From: Octopus vulgaris
Lineage: Eukaryota
Length of the DNA stretch: 64,000 bases
Assembly (NCBI GenBank): GCA_951406725.2
Contig: OX597815.1
Location: forward strand, 185,380,001 to 185,444,000
Direction of reading: 5' to 3'
In this document: piece after piece, positions 50,043 through 63,845 of the stretch
How the letters are laid out: every line of letters starts with the position of its first letter
Position numbering within the stretch: the stretch's first letter is position 1
Made by a program: the position numbers and the translations under genes
Notes under the pieces: generated by a model
What the model was told of the DNA's origin: nothing
Seen by the model: the letters and a program-made list of their open reading frames with translations, nothing else
The model's database searches: none

Positions 50043-50620
50043 GCGAGCTGGCAGAATCGTTAAGCATGCCGGACAAAATGCTTAGCGGTATTTCGTCTGC
50101 GTTACGTTGTGAGTTCAAATTCCGCCGAGGTCGACTTTGCCTTTCATCCTTTCGGGGTCGATAAATTAAGTACCAGTTACGCACTGGGGTCGATGTAATC
50201 GACTTAATACCTATGTCTGTCCTTGTTTGTCCGCTCTGTGTTTAGCCCCTTGTGGGTAATGAAGAAATAGGTATTTCGTCTGCCGCTACATTCTGAGTTC
50301 AAATTCCACCGAGGTCGACTTTGCTTTTCTTCCTTTCGGGGTCGATAGATTAAGTACCAGTTACGCATTGGGGTCGATGTAATCGACTTAATCCATTTGT
50401 CTCTCTTTGTTTGTCCATTCTGTGTTTAGCCCCTGTGGGTAGTAAAGAAATATGTATTTCATCCGTCTTTACGTTCTGAGATCAAAGTCTTCTGATGTCG
50501 ACTTTGTCTTTCATCTTTCCAGGGTCGATAAAATAAGTACCAGTTGAGCACTGAGGTCTATGTAGTCAACTTACCCTCTCCTCCGAAATTATTGGCCTGG
50601 TGCCAAAGTTAGAAACCGTT
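50043..50620 (+). mobile_element. Tandem trimer of SINE A bodies behind one head
   Basis: ~185-nt unit GTATTTC(G/A)TC...AAGAAATA repeated at ~50087, 50271 and 50454. Confidence 0.85.
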
Positions 50621-50653
50621 ATTAAAAGGTTGTATAAACCTTAAACTTACAGT

Positions 50654-51200
50654 GTGCAAAACTCCTTTCTACAATTCCTTAAACACCAAGCAATGAAGAA
50701 AGCGATGGCTTCAGTTTGGTGGCCTGATCTTAGCAGAGATAGTGAAGAATTTGTCAGGTCTGTTGACACAGAGACCAAAGTCAAATTTAAATATAGCCTC
50801 TTGTTTGATTTGTGGCCCGAATCACAACCCCGAAGAAAGATTATGTATGAACCGGTGATGTATTCAAAAGGGTGGAACGTATTGATCGTAGCTGAACCAG
50901 CTACTATTTGGGTTGGGTGTGTTTTATGTTCTACGAAGAGCTCAGGAGATTGTAAGGAAATGATTATATTCTATCATGTTTTACTTTGATGTTCTAACGT
51001 TAGTGGTATCAGTCAGTGGACCAGAATTTATTCAATATAGAGCAAGAAGTTAGGTAAATCGACTTGGTTGCATGTAAACTGAAAATTCTACCTATGATCT
51101 CAAACCTAATGGTGCAGCAGAAAGATGTGTGCTAACAATCAAGCGCTGCGTAAATAGTTTTGTTCACAAATTGGGTAGCTTCATAAGTGTTTGCCAAAGG
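50654..51200 (+). pseudogene. Ty3/Gypsy integrase relic
   Basis: KKAMASVWWPDLSRDSEEFVRS (zinc-binding region), VVSVSGPEF (cf. VSDNGPEF), PNGAAERCVLTIKR (cf. SNG.AER.V.TIK). Confidence 0.75.
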
Positions 51201-51279
51201 TTTGTTTGAACGATGTTACTGCATCTGGTACGTGTATGCCATCTCTGGCTGAGTAAACAGAATCATTTACCTTTTTGTC

Positions 51280-52500
51280 TTGTATCTTTTACTTGCTTCT
51301 GTTATTAGGCCGCGGCCATGCTGGGGCACTGCTTTGAAAATTTTTTAACCGAATAAATCGACCCCAGTACTTATTTTTTAAAACCTGGCACTTTATCGGA
51401 ATCTTTTGCTGAACCGCTAAATTACAGCGACGTAAACACACCCGCACAGGTTGTCAGGTGGCGCGCGCATTTATTTAGTTATTTATACGACCGGTTTCTT
51501 TCAGTTTCCCTCTACCAAATGTACTCACAATGCTTTGGTCGGCCCGGGGCTATAGTAAAAGATGCCACACGACCGGGAACCATGTCTTTGAGAACCAATC
51601 TTCTTACTACGCAGACAATCCTTGAGCCTAAAGTAACCTTCTTTTACACGGTTAAACAAATCAGTCTTAACACTAACAATATAACATTAAGGTGGCGAGC
51701 TGGCAGAAACGTTAGCACGCCGGGTGAAATGCTTAGTGGTATTTCGTCTGCCGTCACGTTCTGAGTTCAAATTCCGCCGAGGTCGACTTTGCCTTTCATC
51801 CTTTCGGGGTCGATTAAATAAGTACCAGTTACGCACTGGGGTCGATATAATCGGCTTAATCCCTTTGTTTGTCCTTACTTGTCCCCTCTGTGTGTATCCC
51901 CTTGTTTGCAGTAAAGAAATAGGTATTTCGTCTGCCGCTACGCTCTGAGTTCAAATTCCTCCGAGGTCAACTTTGCCTTTCATCCTTTCGGGGTCGATAA
52001 AATAAGTACCAGTTACGCACTGGGTCGATGTAATCGACTTAATCCGTTTGTCTGTCCTTGTTTGTCCCCTCCATGTTTAGCCCCTTGTGGGCAATAAAAA
52101 AATAACTAACAATAGGCGCAGGAGTGGCTGTGTGGTAAGTAGCTTGTTTACCAACCACATGGTTCCGGGTTCAGTCCCTCTGGGCAAGTGTCTTCTACTG
52201 TAGCCTCGGGCCGACTAAAGCCTTGTGAGTGGATTTGGTAGACGGAAACTGAAAGAAGCCCGTCGTATAGATGTATATATATATGCGTGTGTGTGTTTGT
52301 GTGTCTGTGTTTGTCCCCCTAGCATTGCATGACAACCGATGCTGGTGTGTTTATGTCCCCGTTACTTAGCGGTTCGGCAAAAGAGACCGATAGAATAAGT
52401 ACTGGGCTTACAAAAGAATAAGTCCCGGAGTCGAGTTGCTTGAGTAAAGGCGGTGCTCCAGCATGGCCGCAGTCAAATGACTGAAACAAGTGAAAGAGAA
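51280..52500. mobile_element. SINE cluster: B(-) 51280-51625, A dimer (+) 51689-52102, B(+) 52114-52500
   Basis: Family A and B consensus modules. Confidence 0.85.
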
Positions 52501-53164
52501 ATAAAAGAGAAATATAAAATTTGTCACAGATTCCCGTTACTTGACTATAATGGCGGAAATACAACCTAGATCCTACATTGAACTCGAACATGAAAACAAT
52601 CATTCAGTGTTCAGTAGAAGAAATACCTCGTAAATATCCTTTTCCGAACCCATCTGTTAATTGCGATAATGTTATCGGAGAGCTAACATCAACAGTTTCT
52701 CTCTCTCCCGTAAACCTGCCGCTTGATCAAGTGATTCCCCTGTAGTAAAGCCTCAGCTGACCAGCATCATCGATTTCTCAGCTGTTATTGCAGTTAATAT
52801 TCAATCTGTAAAATTTCCAATACTGCCAACGTTATAAAACCCATACTAATCTCCACAGCAACTTACTAAGTAGTAGTATTATAACATCACCACGATGAAC
52901 TTACAGAATGAAAGTTTGAAGCGTACTGAGAGATATAATGACTAACACGATTTGGAATAATGTTGATTATAATATTTTATCAATGCACCCAGTCAGCACG
53001 GTACATGCACACTGCCTAATCAATCTATGATATTATTATTCTAATAGTTTTTTAGCGTTGGATGCATTTTGTTTATTTTCACGTGGTCGGGTTTCTTAAG
53101 GTGATAAACCAATTTGCTGACAATAACAGGTACATAGTGTACAGTATAGGTAACTTTAGGGACG

Positions 53165-53333
53165 TATGTTTCAGTCATTTGACTGTGCCCATGCTGGAGC
53201 ACCGCCTTTTGTCGAGCAAGTCGACCCCAGGACTTATTCTTTAGAAACCTAATACTTATTGTATCGGTTTCTTATGACGAACCGCTAAGTTACGGGGACG
53301 TAAACACACCAGCCTCGCTTGTCAAGCGATGTT

Positions 53334-53388
<55 letters not shown>

Positions 53389-53560
53389 CACACACGACGG
53401 GCTTCTTTCAGTTTCCGTCTACCGAATCCACTCACAAGGCTTTGGTCAGCCCGAGGCTATAGTAGAAGACACTTGCCCAAGGTGCAATGCAGTGGGACCG
53501 AACCCGGATCTATGTGGTTGGTAAGCAAGCAACATACCACACAGCCACTCTTGCGCCTAT
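53165..53560 (-). mobile_element. SINE family B
   Basis: Reverse complement of family B. Confidence 0.85.
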
Positions 53561-54911
53561 TAGGTTCCACAACGATACGGCAGTTTTTAACTTACTGTTA
53601 TGGCCGTACATAATTATCGTAAACCACGCAAGAAAATAAACATTTTTTCCCCTTATTAGCTAGGTCTGGAGAAAAAAAAAACATTGCCCTTGGCCCTTGC
53701 GGTGTTCCTAGATCGGCGAGATCGATATCGTTACCATTCCCCTCCATCTGTTACATGTCGAAGATTTCAAGAAAGACACGGACAGAGAAGAAACTCCCAG
53801 ATGGCGACCGTTCTACGAGGCAAAAACTAGGCGTATAAAGAAGTGCGGTGTTTAGGGTAGGGGTTGAACATGGTTGAAGATAAGAAGAGGGACGTGTTAG
53901 TTCAGAGTGCCTCCTGATAGGTGACATGTGCCTCACCCGCTCTGAAGAACAGAACCCATTACAGAGCCGATACAAATCGCAGGGAACGGAGACAGCATGT
54001 CTTTAGCTCAAAGACAGTAGCGTGTCAGTGAATGACCTTATGCTTAATCAATCTAGAATATCGGCGTATGCAGATTTTTAGGCGCTACTCTACTTCGGTA
54101 TCCGTACTCTACGCTGTGAAATGACATGAGGTGCGTTAGGGTTTATGGTTAGTTAAGTTTAAGGTGGCACACATTTTTTATTTCAAATATCCTTTCCTTA
54201 GATATGGATTCGTATTCCTGGCGGAAATGCAGGAATTCTCCGGACTATGGTTGCCTCCAGTTGAAAGATTTTGCGCTTACAGAAATTTTAAAGTATGACC
54301 ATTAATTTCTGGATACGAGCTGTAATTTCTCTCTTACAGAAAATTCTAAGAATTTAAAATTTATGAATTTTTAAAAAAAAATCAACTTTCTTCTGAACCA
54401 AAAAAAGCCGCTTCTCGTCAGTTTAGCTAAAATCGAAGTAACAGTAGATGGCAATTTTGAAAAATTACAATCATGACGCACACAAATATATACATCTGAG
54501 TAAGTGTGGGGACGTGTGTGTGTGTATTGTGTATGTAGGTATATATGTATAAAAGCAGCTTCCACCACTACAATGATTCATCTTCAATACTAAGGCAGCC
54601 AGCATTAGCACCATAACCAGTACGATCACTATCGTTAGCAACCCAACAACGCCTTAATGACCAATGGCAACGGAAATAATGCGATGAAAAAAAATTAGCA
54701 ACTCCATCTAAAATTAAAAGGAAAAGCAATAACTTGAGATAATGTAAATCTCGGGTGTATTTTAAATATGGGATGAAATGTCTTTGATCTGAGGTCAATG
54801 GGTATTGACTAAACAGCAACAACACATCTAATATTACTACGCCACCACCAACAATGCCCCCCACCATCGTCGTCATCGCCATCACTAAAACTTATACAAC
54901 CTACATGACAA

Positions 54912-55318
54912 CCGGTTTCTAATTTTGGCGCAAGGCCACTAATTTGAGGGGAGGGACTAAGTAGATTTAATCGATCCCAGTGCTCAACTAGTACTTATTT
55001 TATTGACCCCGAAAGGATGAAGGGCAAAGACAACCTTGGCAGAATTTGAACTCGTCTGGCGTGCTAACGATTATGCCAGCTCGCCGCCGTCAACCTAACA
55101 ATCTTTTCTACTCTACGCACAAGGCCCAAAATTTTTTGGGGGAGGGGGCCAGTTGATCAAATAGACCACAGTACGCAGTTGGTACTTAATTTAACCACCC
55201 CGAAATGATAAAAGGCAAAGTCGACCTCTGCGGAATTTGAACTCAGAACGTAAAGACAGACGAAATACTGCTAAGCATTTCGCCCGGTGCTTACGATTCT
55301 GCCAGCTCGCCGCCGTCA
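54912..55318 (-). mobile_element. Two tandem SINE A copies
   Basis: Both heads abut CAACCTAACA (55091-55100, 55317-55326). Confidence 0.8.
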
Positions 55319-56449
55319 ACCTAACAGTAATTATACAATCAGAATGATAGTAATATGTTGCATATTAACAAAGCAGTGTGCATGTGTGTCTCGCTGTGTG
55401 CATGTATGTGTGTGAGAGAGGGAGAGATAGAATGGAGTTTTATGACTCGTGATGCAAAGGGCGAAGTGTCAATGAACCTGGTAACCCTTCAACCTGTAAC
55501 AATTCAATATTTCCTCTTACTTGACTCCCCACCTCCTTTCATCATTTCATTTACGATCTTACATTCACGGGAATAAGACCTTCCGAAGCGGAAGGTCTTC
55601 TCACGTCCGAACACGCACGCACGCACGCGAGCGAGCGTGAAAAACGTGACTTTACTCGAATACATTTTATTCAACGTTGATTTGCGTGGCATTGTTTATT
55701 TTGTGAGATAATTGTTATTGAGCTGTTCAAATGTATAAACATAGTTTCAGACGTAGTTTATAAATTGTCAGTATATGCTACTGTTGCAGTTGCTTAGCCT
55801 CCTGTAAGACCTGGTTGAAGACGACTATAAACTATGATACTCTAATCAAAAATATCTTTCTTCTCCTTTTCTTTTTTTTCTGTTCAGGACTACATCATAC
55901 GTTGTTTCTTTCCTTTTTAAAACAGTAGAACATGGCGGCTGTTCTACCCGATCGAACGACCGCATAGGTAGATGCTTGGCATGTTGCTAAACTCGTTATG
56001 TCAACTGTTAGGAGAGTAATGTATGGTTAAAGATGAATCGCATCCTTTATATTTGCTACAAGTCTACTTTCTGTAGTAGAACCGATATTTTGCTAGCACA
56101 TAGTTTCGTTCGCCAACATATTAATGTTTCAATGAAACATAATAGTCTTGTCACTGCTTTTAGTACATGACTGAGAGAAATCTATTCTTATTCTTACTTT
56201 GAAATGTAATGATGATTGCTGAAAAGAAAATAGTTTAAAATATTTCCTTGTGACTCGCTGTGTAACTATTCAACCACATTAAAACGTCAAACTCATAAAT
56301 ATTTTCAAATCTCTTCAAGAATAAATTACTTTCCGCTTGTTTTCAAATGTATTCTTCTCTTTCATGCTTAGCGAGATCATGAGAGCAGAGGTTAAAATAT
56401 TTTGCAGTATTTAGTTACAGACTTCACGCTCCTAGTTCAAATCCCGCTC

Positions 56450-56933
56450 GCGAAATTTTTTTTCCCCACGAGAGTTCCGGACCCCAGTTATGAACTCATT
56501 TGCAAACAACCAATCAGAGCTCAACTATCAAACTAATTTATGAGCGCATAAGTGATGGGCGATAAGGTAAGGTCACTTGGGTAAGGAATGACCATGCTTC
56601 TTTTCTCTTCGCTTGTTCTTGTTTCAACCATGGCTGCCTCTGCGTAGTTATTTGTATTGTTTACGTTGTAAAACAATAACGGGAGAGGGTTATCCATATT
56701 TTCCCCATCCACATTTTTACCATATGTGGCCCTATTCAAATCTATCTAATTACTTGTCTCATAAAATCAGGCATAACTTGGCAATCTGTCGACTTACGAC
56801 ACCGTTCTTCGTCTTAAGTTTACTTGGTAGAGTGTGTTTGTTAACTTGACATGGTCAAGGTGAGCTCTAATTGGCTGTATACAAATGAGTTCATTACTGG
56901 GGTCCGGAACTCTCGTGGGGAAAAAAATTTCGC
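56450..56933. mobile_element. MULE-like MITE with ~80-bp TIRs inserted into an old SINE A
   Basis: TIR GCGAAATTTTTTTCCCCACGAGAGTTCCGGACCCCAGT.ATGAACTCATTTG; TSD ATCCCGCT(C/A) at 56441-56449 and 56934-56942. Confidence 0.88.
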
Positions 56934-57104
56934 ATCCCGCTAAGATCAACTTCGCCTCCCATCTTTTCGAGCTTGATGAACTGCGGCAGTAGTCAAGTAC
57001 AGATCTCAGTATATTCGACTATACCTCACCTCCAAATGTGTGATTGGTGTATATTTTCGAAATCAATATATAGTTCTTGGGAGGATCATTACGCCAATAA
57101 TAAT

Positions 57105-57427
57105 CCTTTCTACTCTAGGTACAAGGCCTCAAATTTGGGGGGAGGAGGCTAGTCGATTATATCGACGCCAGTGCGGCGTAACTGGTACTTATTTCTATTT
57201 CTTTACTACCCACAAGGTGCTAAACACAGAGGGGACAAACAAGGACAGGCAAACGGATTAAGTCGATTATATCGACCTCAGTGCGTAACTGGTACTTATT
57301 TAATCGACCCCGAAAGGATGAAAGGCAAAGTCGACCTCGGCGGAATTTGAACTCAGAACGTAACGGCAGACGAAATATGGCTAATCATTTCGCCCGGCGT
57401 GCTAACCATTCTGCCAGCTCGCCGCCT
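57105..57427 (-). mobile_element. Chimeric SINE A (full copy + 3' part of a different-tailed variant) within one 19-bp TSD
   Basis: TCATTAC(G/A)CCAATAATAAT at 57086-57104 and 57428-57446. Confidence 0.8.
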
Positions 57428-58899
57428 TCATTACACCAATAATAATAATAATAATACACACAGTATCACTTCTTTATCGTTAGTCAATTGGTTAAATATT
57501 TAACCAACTAACTAATTGATCCTTTGTTTAATTTGCTGCTTAACCAATCAATCAGTTATTTCAATCAATTAATCAGCAAAGTTCTTTCGTCGCTCTCCGC
57601 GACCTTCTCATCGACTTACTTCTCTCTCAAAGGTCTGCTCAGAGACGAAAATGATGTGCCAAAAAGTAGTAAAGGCTCAAATATAATACCTTGCACTTTT
57701 TACTTAAATTGTTTTTAAGTTGTAAATTGAAATATCAATGTAGTAAGCTTTACTATTCATACCTTATGGAGTGTGCAAAATATCTTATTTGAAACATTCT
57801 TGCCATCGTCAAGACTGTGAGCTGGCAGAATCGCTAGCGTATCGAACACATTTCATTTGCCCTTTACGTCTTGGGTTTAAATTTTGCCGAAGTCGATTTT
57901 ACCTTTCATCCTTTCAGAATCGATGGAATAAGTATCAGTGATGTACTGCGTCGATATAATCGACTTGCCCCGTCTCCTCAAAGCTGGTGGCTTCGAGCTA
58001 AAATTATAAAAAATCATTATTCGATAAAATATGCAAATTTAAACAAATTTATCTTCAATATTAACTTTATATTTTGTTAAATACATTGTTTATTTAACAA
58101 ATATTACAAAACGGTCTCGGGTTGGTGAGATTTTTTATCTTCCACCTTAAGAGGAAGGTGAGGCTGGAGAGAAGATGCCTGTCAGAGAAAATGTTCAAAG
58201 AAAGATGGTTGCATGTTGCGAGGGTGCTGGGAATAAAAGATTCCTCGTAAACATGTCATAAATCTGTATACAAAAGTTCCAATAGGAGAATGGGGCTCGT
58301 GGGGTTGGAGCGTAACCCATCTCTCTGCTTCATTTCATGTTTGTATTTTGTCCTTGTTGTATCTAATTCGATTTCATTCGATTTTGTAAACTTTTAAAAG
58401 TCATATAATCATTGTGTGTCTGACCCCAATCAGGCTGTATTGTCCCCCTCTGTATTTCGCCCCTTGTGGGTAATAAAGAAATTAAATATTGTAAAACGTA
58501 GAAAAGCTCTACAAATTGTTTTTTTAAAGAATATTTATACCAGTATATTGACTTCAAATTTTCACACAAGGCCAGCAATTTCGATGCTGGGGGAAAATCG
58601 ATTACATTGATACTAGTGCTCAATAAGAACTTATTCTATCGATTCCGAAAGAGTGGAAGGCAAATTTAATTTCAGTGAAATTTAAACACAGAACATGAAG
58701 ACGGACGGAATGCTACTTCATTTATACCTGTATATTTACTGAACAATATTATCATCCATAATTGTTTCCAATTTGAATTCAACATACTTTCGCCGCTTTT
58801 TTTTCTTTACCTTTCTAAAAAAATGCAGAATGAGTAATTGTCCATAATCCTCAACAAGAAATTACCACCAGAACAGATATATCCTGTGTTATTTGGTGA

Positions 58900-59200
58900 G
58901 AATTGTCATAAGACAATATATTCTCTTTTCTGACATTTCGATCGAGAAATTTCTCGGTATCGACACTTGTGTATTATGGGAGACCTCAAGACGAGTCGTA
59001 TAATATATCGTTTGTTTTGACAGTGAACTCCATGAACTGTCACAAACATCATTAACAATTTCATATATTTCATATTTTTTTTAATTAGCTTTTGGAATAA
59101 TATCAAAGTTTGCCACGCTATAAGAACATATTTCACATGTTTCTTTTATCAAAAATATTGCTGTTTGGCATCCAGCTGCCATATTTTATTGTTGAAATCA
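58900..59200 (-). pseudogene. Possible hAT transposase C-terminal dimerisation domain relic
   Basis: LLMMFVTVHGVHCQNKRYIIRL weakly resembles LL.IF.T.PV.SC..ERSFS.L. Confidence 0.3.
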
Positions 59201-59867
59201 GATTAGATTATTTATGAGAAATATTAAACTGCCTCCGAGGGATTTACTTTTTTTTTCATATTAAAAAAAAACTAGTTTACTACTAAATCTTAACTATGAT
59301 GTCAAAAAGACATTTTTAAAAATCGTGTTAATGTCTCCTTTAATTAACCATTCAGGATTTCAAATAAAATATCAAACGTCTTCAAACTCTAAAAATGAAA
59401 ATAATGGAAGTCGATGCACTCTTCAAGCAATAGTTCAGACAATCAGAAAGTAATTGCGCCAGAGAAATTTATTGAATTTACGTTGTTTAACTTTCCAAGT
59501 ATCTTAATGTCGCTCGTAATGTTTTTGTTGTTTCAAAGGAAATTATTAATGACTGAAATTGGGAGAGTAGTCCAACTCCTACATTAGGTATTTAAAACAG
59601 GTAATTTATTTATCTTGATACTTAAACACTATTGGAATTTGTTTCCAGAATTCGATATTAGCATATGAAAGTAAATTAATTTGAATAGGGACATCTAATA
59701 TTTTTCTCTTACATTCATAAATCAAGAATTCATTCCATAGAAAATTGGCTACTTATCTATCATAGAGATTTTATTATTATTGTTATCGTTTCTATTATTA
59801 AACTGTTACCGAAAGAAACTCATTAGAATCAAATACATAGCTGTTGGATTTTATGAATTACTATACT

Positions 59868-60185
59868 ATGGCTCGGTGGTTAGAGCATCAGGCTTACAAT
59901 CATGAGGTTGTGAGTTCGATTCCCGGATTGAGCTGTGTGTTGAGTTCTTGTGCAAGACACTTTATTTCCCATTGCTCCAGTTCACTCAGCTGTAGAAATG
60001 AGTTGCGATGTCACTGGTGCCAAGCTATATCGACCTCTGCCTTTCCTTTGGATAACAGGCTGATATGCACTAGCAACTGCTGGTCTCCTATAAAACAATC
60101 TTACCTGAACTTCTGCCTCGGAGGGTAATTTTCCAGGTGCCATCTCATTGTCATTCATGACCGAAGCAGGAGTCTTTACCTTTTT
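59868..60185 (+). mobile_element. tRNA-derived SINE, family C-related
   Basis: A box TGGCTCGGTGG, B box GAGTTCGATTCC, core GCAAGACACTTTATTTC..TTGCTCCAGTTCACTCAGCTG. Confidence 0.8.
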
Positions 60186-63129
60186 ATATTCCTATTATAT
60201 CAAAGAATCGGATAGGTGATTCTCCTAATTGCTACTTGTGAATAAAATTATTTTCACCATTTAATGATGCTCCATTACATTAAGATTATAATCTGTTCGA
60301 TCAACGCATACAAATGTTCTTTATCATGACTTTATTAAGTGTGAGATGTTACTAAGAGAAGATATTAATAGATGTGCTAGCAGCGAGAATGACTCCTGAT
60401 GCTAAGCGCAAAATTTTAGTTATTAGACTGACATAAAGATTTTTAAATATTAGACAACAAAAGGTGTTGGATGAATCCAAATAGAAGTGGTGACCAATCC
60501 CCTTTAGTCTATACTGTCTTTGGCTAGGCAGTCTAAGGAACTGTAGCTACTTTAGAGCAACTTTGTTTGATAGCACCAGAAGTAGCTTTTAAAAGTACGC
60601 ACCAAGTGTAGTTGGCCAGGCACAAAGTTTGTGTTGTCTGATATGTATACATTTAGCTCACTTCAGAGACTTGTATGTTTTGCAAAGAAAAAGTTAGTTA
60701 AGCCTTCATATTCGCAAGTATTAGATTCTTCTTATGGCTCTAATTTATTTTAAAAAAATAAATTCCTCTATTTATATTAATAATGATAATAAAAACTTTG
60801 GCTTTATGAAAAGAAGCTTGGTAAAGACATTATCCAAGTATGCTTGTTTTGAATACATTTTCATAAAAAACTAATGTAATTTTTCTCAACTTTAGTTTAC
60901 TGTACTGATAAATCTGTGTTATAATGAGCTAAAAGAAATTTTAGCCTTAGTCATACGAGCGCATAGTTGTAAATCTTATGGATGACTCTTGACTGTTAAT
61001 AAGATAAAATGATTTATCCAGATTCAAGATTTGTTAACAATCAATGTCGCTCTACGGTCGTAATCGAAACTTTTGTTCACAAAATTAAATATTCTTTAAC
61101 AAAGAAGCCACATCTTTTAGATATTGAAAACTAAAATGAAAATTGAAAGCACCAATTTTTTTCCATTAACGAAATCCCCTTCCATTGAAGTTCTAATTAT
61201 TTTGATTCTAATGTGTTCTAACAATAAAATAGTTGTAATCTAAATGCATCGCCATTGCTATCTCAGTATTTTGAGACGAAAAGATAATAATTAAATACAA
61301 TTAAAAAGTCTAAATTATAGTTTGCTGAACGTTTGATTGCACATGGAACTTTTGATTTCGGAAATACCAAGCTGAATTTATGAGGATCCTTAAATTAGAC
61401 AACTTCAAATGTCAGATTGATTTAAATTATAATCGGATGTAGAAGGGTAATAATAAACACAATGATCAAAATCGGATGTATCTTAAACCTTCTTGATATG
61501 TATTTTCGTTCGTCTTTAAGCAGGGTTAAATTACATTTGTTTCATGAGAAAATTAGACAGGTTTCGTTAAAGAAATACTGAGATAATGCCTAAAAACTGC
61601 ACATTTGCTAAACTTTGTAGAATAATGCTATAGAAGATAATTATGAAGAACTTTAAGGAGAAAGCTATCAGATATTAATAGGATCCTTCTTGGCCCTCCG
61701 AGTGCAGAACTGATGCACCGGCTGTTCCCTTACTCTTCATAGGCGCTGAATACCAACAATAGTATTAGAAGTGGTTGCTGAGAATATTTCAGGGACCGTT
61801 ATTGCCGGAATCCTTTCGTGGAAGATATTTTATGCATCGAAATTTGGGAAAGGATTCTCAGTTAATTCGAGATCTCAGATATTTAAATATTGCAGGCACT
61901 GGTATAAAAAAAGTCATTATCTAAGAGTTAGGAAGAAGAAAACACATTTTATTTTTGGTTCAAAAATCACCCACAAGTTCTTGACAATATATCGACTATT
62001 TACTATTACAAAGATGAGTTAGCTCATCGAATACTAACAACTGAAACTGTCCAGTGACTACAGGCTGGTATTTATCTATTGTAAGTATGCTCACCTGATA
62101 TACAATAACTACAAATTTCCTTAGAAAGTAGGGCTTTTGAATTAGTTAAATGGAATGCGAGTATATCTGTAATTCTTTAAAGTATAGAGCTGGTTGTAAT
62201 AACAAAAAGGGTAGATCTTGAATAGGAAAATGGCCAGCAATTAACCTAAACTTTTGTGAATGCTAAGACAGAGTTTTCATTTTAGTTATACGTATCTAAG
62301 GGTAGAATGTGATAAAATGGAATTAAACTGGAAGATACAAAAAAAGGATACTACACTAATGACAAAGTGTTGGCCGATCATTTGATTACAAATGAAATAA
62401 TTTAAAAAGAAAATCTACTGCAAACAGATAAAGAGATTATTATGGATGAAGTTTGCAAATGTATTCCATATAAGAATATAAATTTAAAAGAAATAGTTGC
62501 GTCAGTAATTGTGAAACTATGCTTGTATGACTTTATTGTAAGTGGTAAGTGAATTAATTGCAAAAGCTGCACTGCTATCTCTTTCTCCAGTGACTAATTA
62601 AAATAATAAAGACTGATAAATAATGCTTAACATTCAGAAAAGACTTGCTTTTTATATAAAATGTTTATTTTATGATGAAAATTCATCAGTAATTTCTATA
62701 ATAATTTTTTTTAAACTAGAGGTAATTCTTAGGATATTTTGAAAACTGTAAAATGCTTATGTTTATGGAGATTATAGAATACATAACTTCACTTGAAATA
62801 GCATTTTTTCTGAAGTGCTTAATATTTGAGATAGTGATAAGTTCATATAATTAGTACTGATTGACTAGTCTTAGGAAAGAACGTCTTTGAAAATTATATC
62901 CTTTGATTCACTTCTGCCTTTTCCATCGTGGCTACATTGGTAAAGTTATTGAGATATGCTGTAAGAAAACAGTAAACGTTTCGTTAGTCGTGACAATGGA
63001 ACAAAATCAACGATCCAATCCATGAAAAATATTTGGCTATGCTCCGACTACTTTGGTAGCAAAATCTTTAAACACTCAATAAACGGAGTACAACAGTTGC
63101 AATACTTAGCTATGAATTGTAACGTGCAC

Positions 63130-63159
<30 letters not shown>

Positions 63160-63160
<1 letters not shown>

Positions 63161-63770
63161 CATGCAAAGTGTTCGTACGCCACTTTTCACTTCACTGTGT
63201 CCCTGTCCTTTTTTTCACGACCCCTCCTTAATTCTTCTGCCCCTCTGCTTCTGCTTCTACTTCTCTTCCCGTTAGACCGCCGGTCAACCTAGCCTGTTCT
63301 TTATTCCTTGGTCTGACCGCCGCCGTACAACATCGATATTCTTCTCTATGTTTGTGAAATTTTTGTATCTCTGACGTAAGGCTTCATTTCCATACGCGCC
63401 AGCTTAATTCAATTCGTCCTTAGTCGAAAGACACATGTTGTTATGTCCTGTTATTATCCTTATTGTGTTTTTTGTATTTATATTCGTGTAACATTGTCCG
63501 TTTTTCCGTCCTTGTTTCTGTATACATTCGCTGCTTTCTTCCAAGGAATTTAATGTTCTTAGCTTAGTTTTTCCTTGGGGCTGGCCAGATTGGAGCAATC
63601 TCAAGAATAATCAGCCGAAATTGCGAGGATAATCTGGTGCTTGACTGAGGATAGAGGGCTTCGAATGACCCGTCCTTGTTTTCTTTGTATCGTCTATCTG
63701 GATGTTTTGTTGTCCTTTTTTGTATCACCTAGCTGTCCGGATATGTTGCGTTCTTGTCCCATTTTGTGTA
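63160..63770 (+). mobile_element. Non-coding, T-rich structured element flanked by (TA)n, probably PLE-derived
   Basis: (TA)n on both sides; T-rich 3' part like the other pLTR fragments; several hairpins; no recognisable ORF. Confidence 0.4.
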
Positions 63771-63795
63771 TATATAATATATATACATATATACA

Positions 63796-63845
<50 letters not shown>

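Noticed and set aside
60300-62100. Possible decayed hAT transposase (also 41050-41560)
   Set aside because: Only faint motif hints; needs tBLASTn/HMM support.
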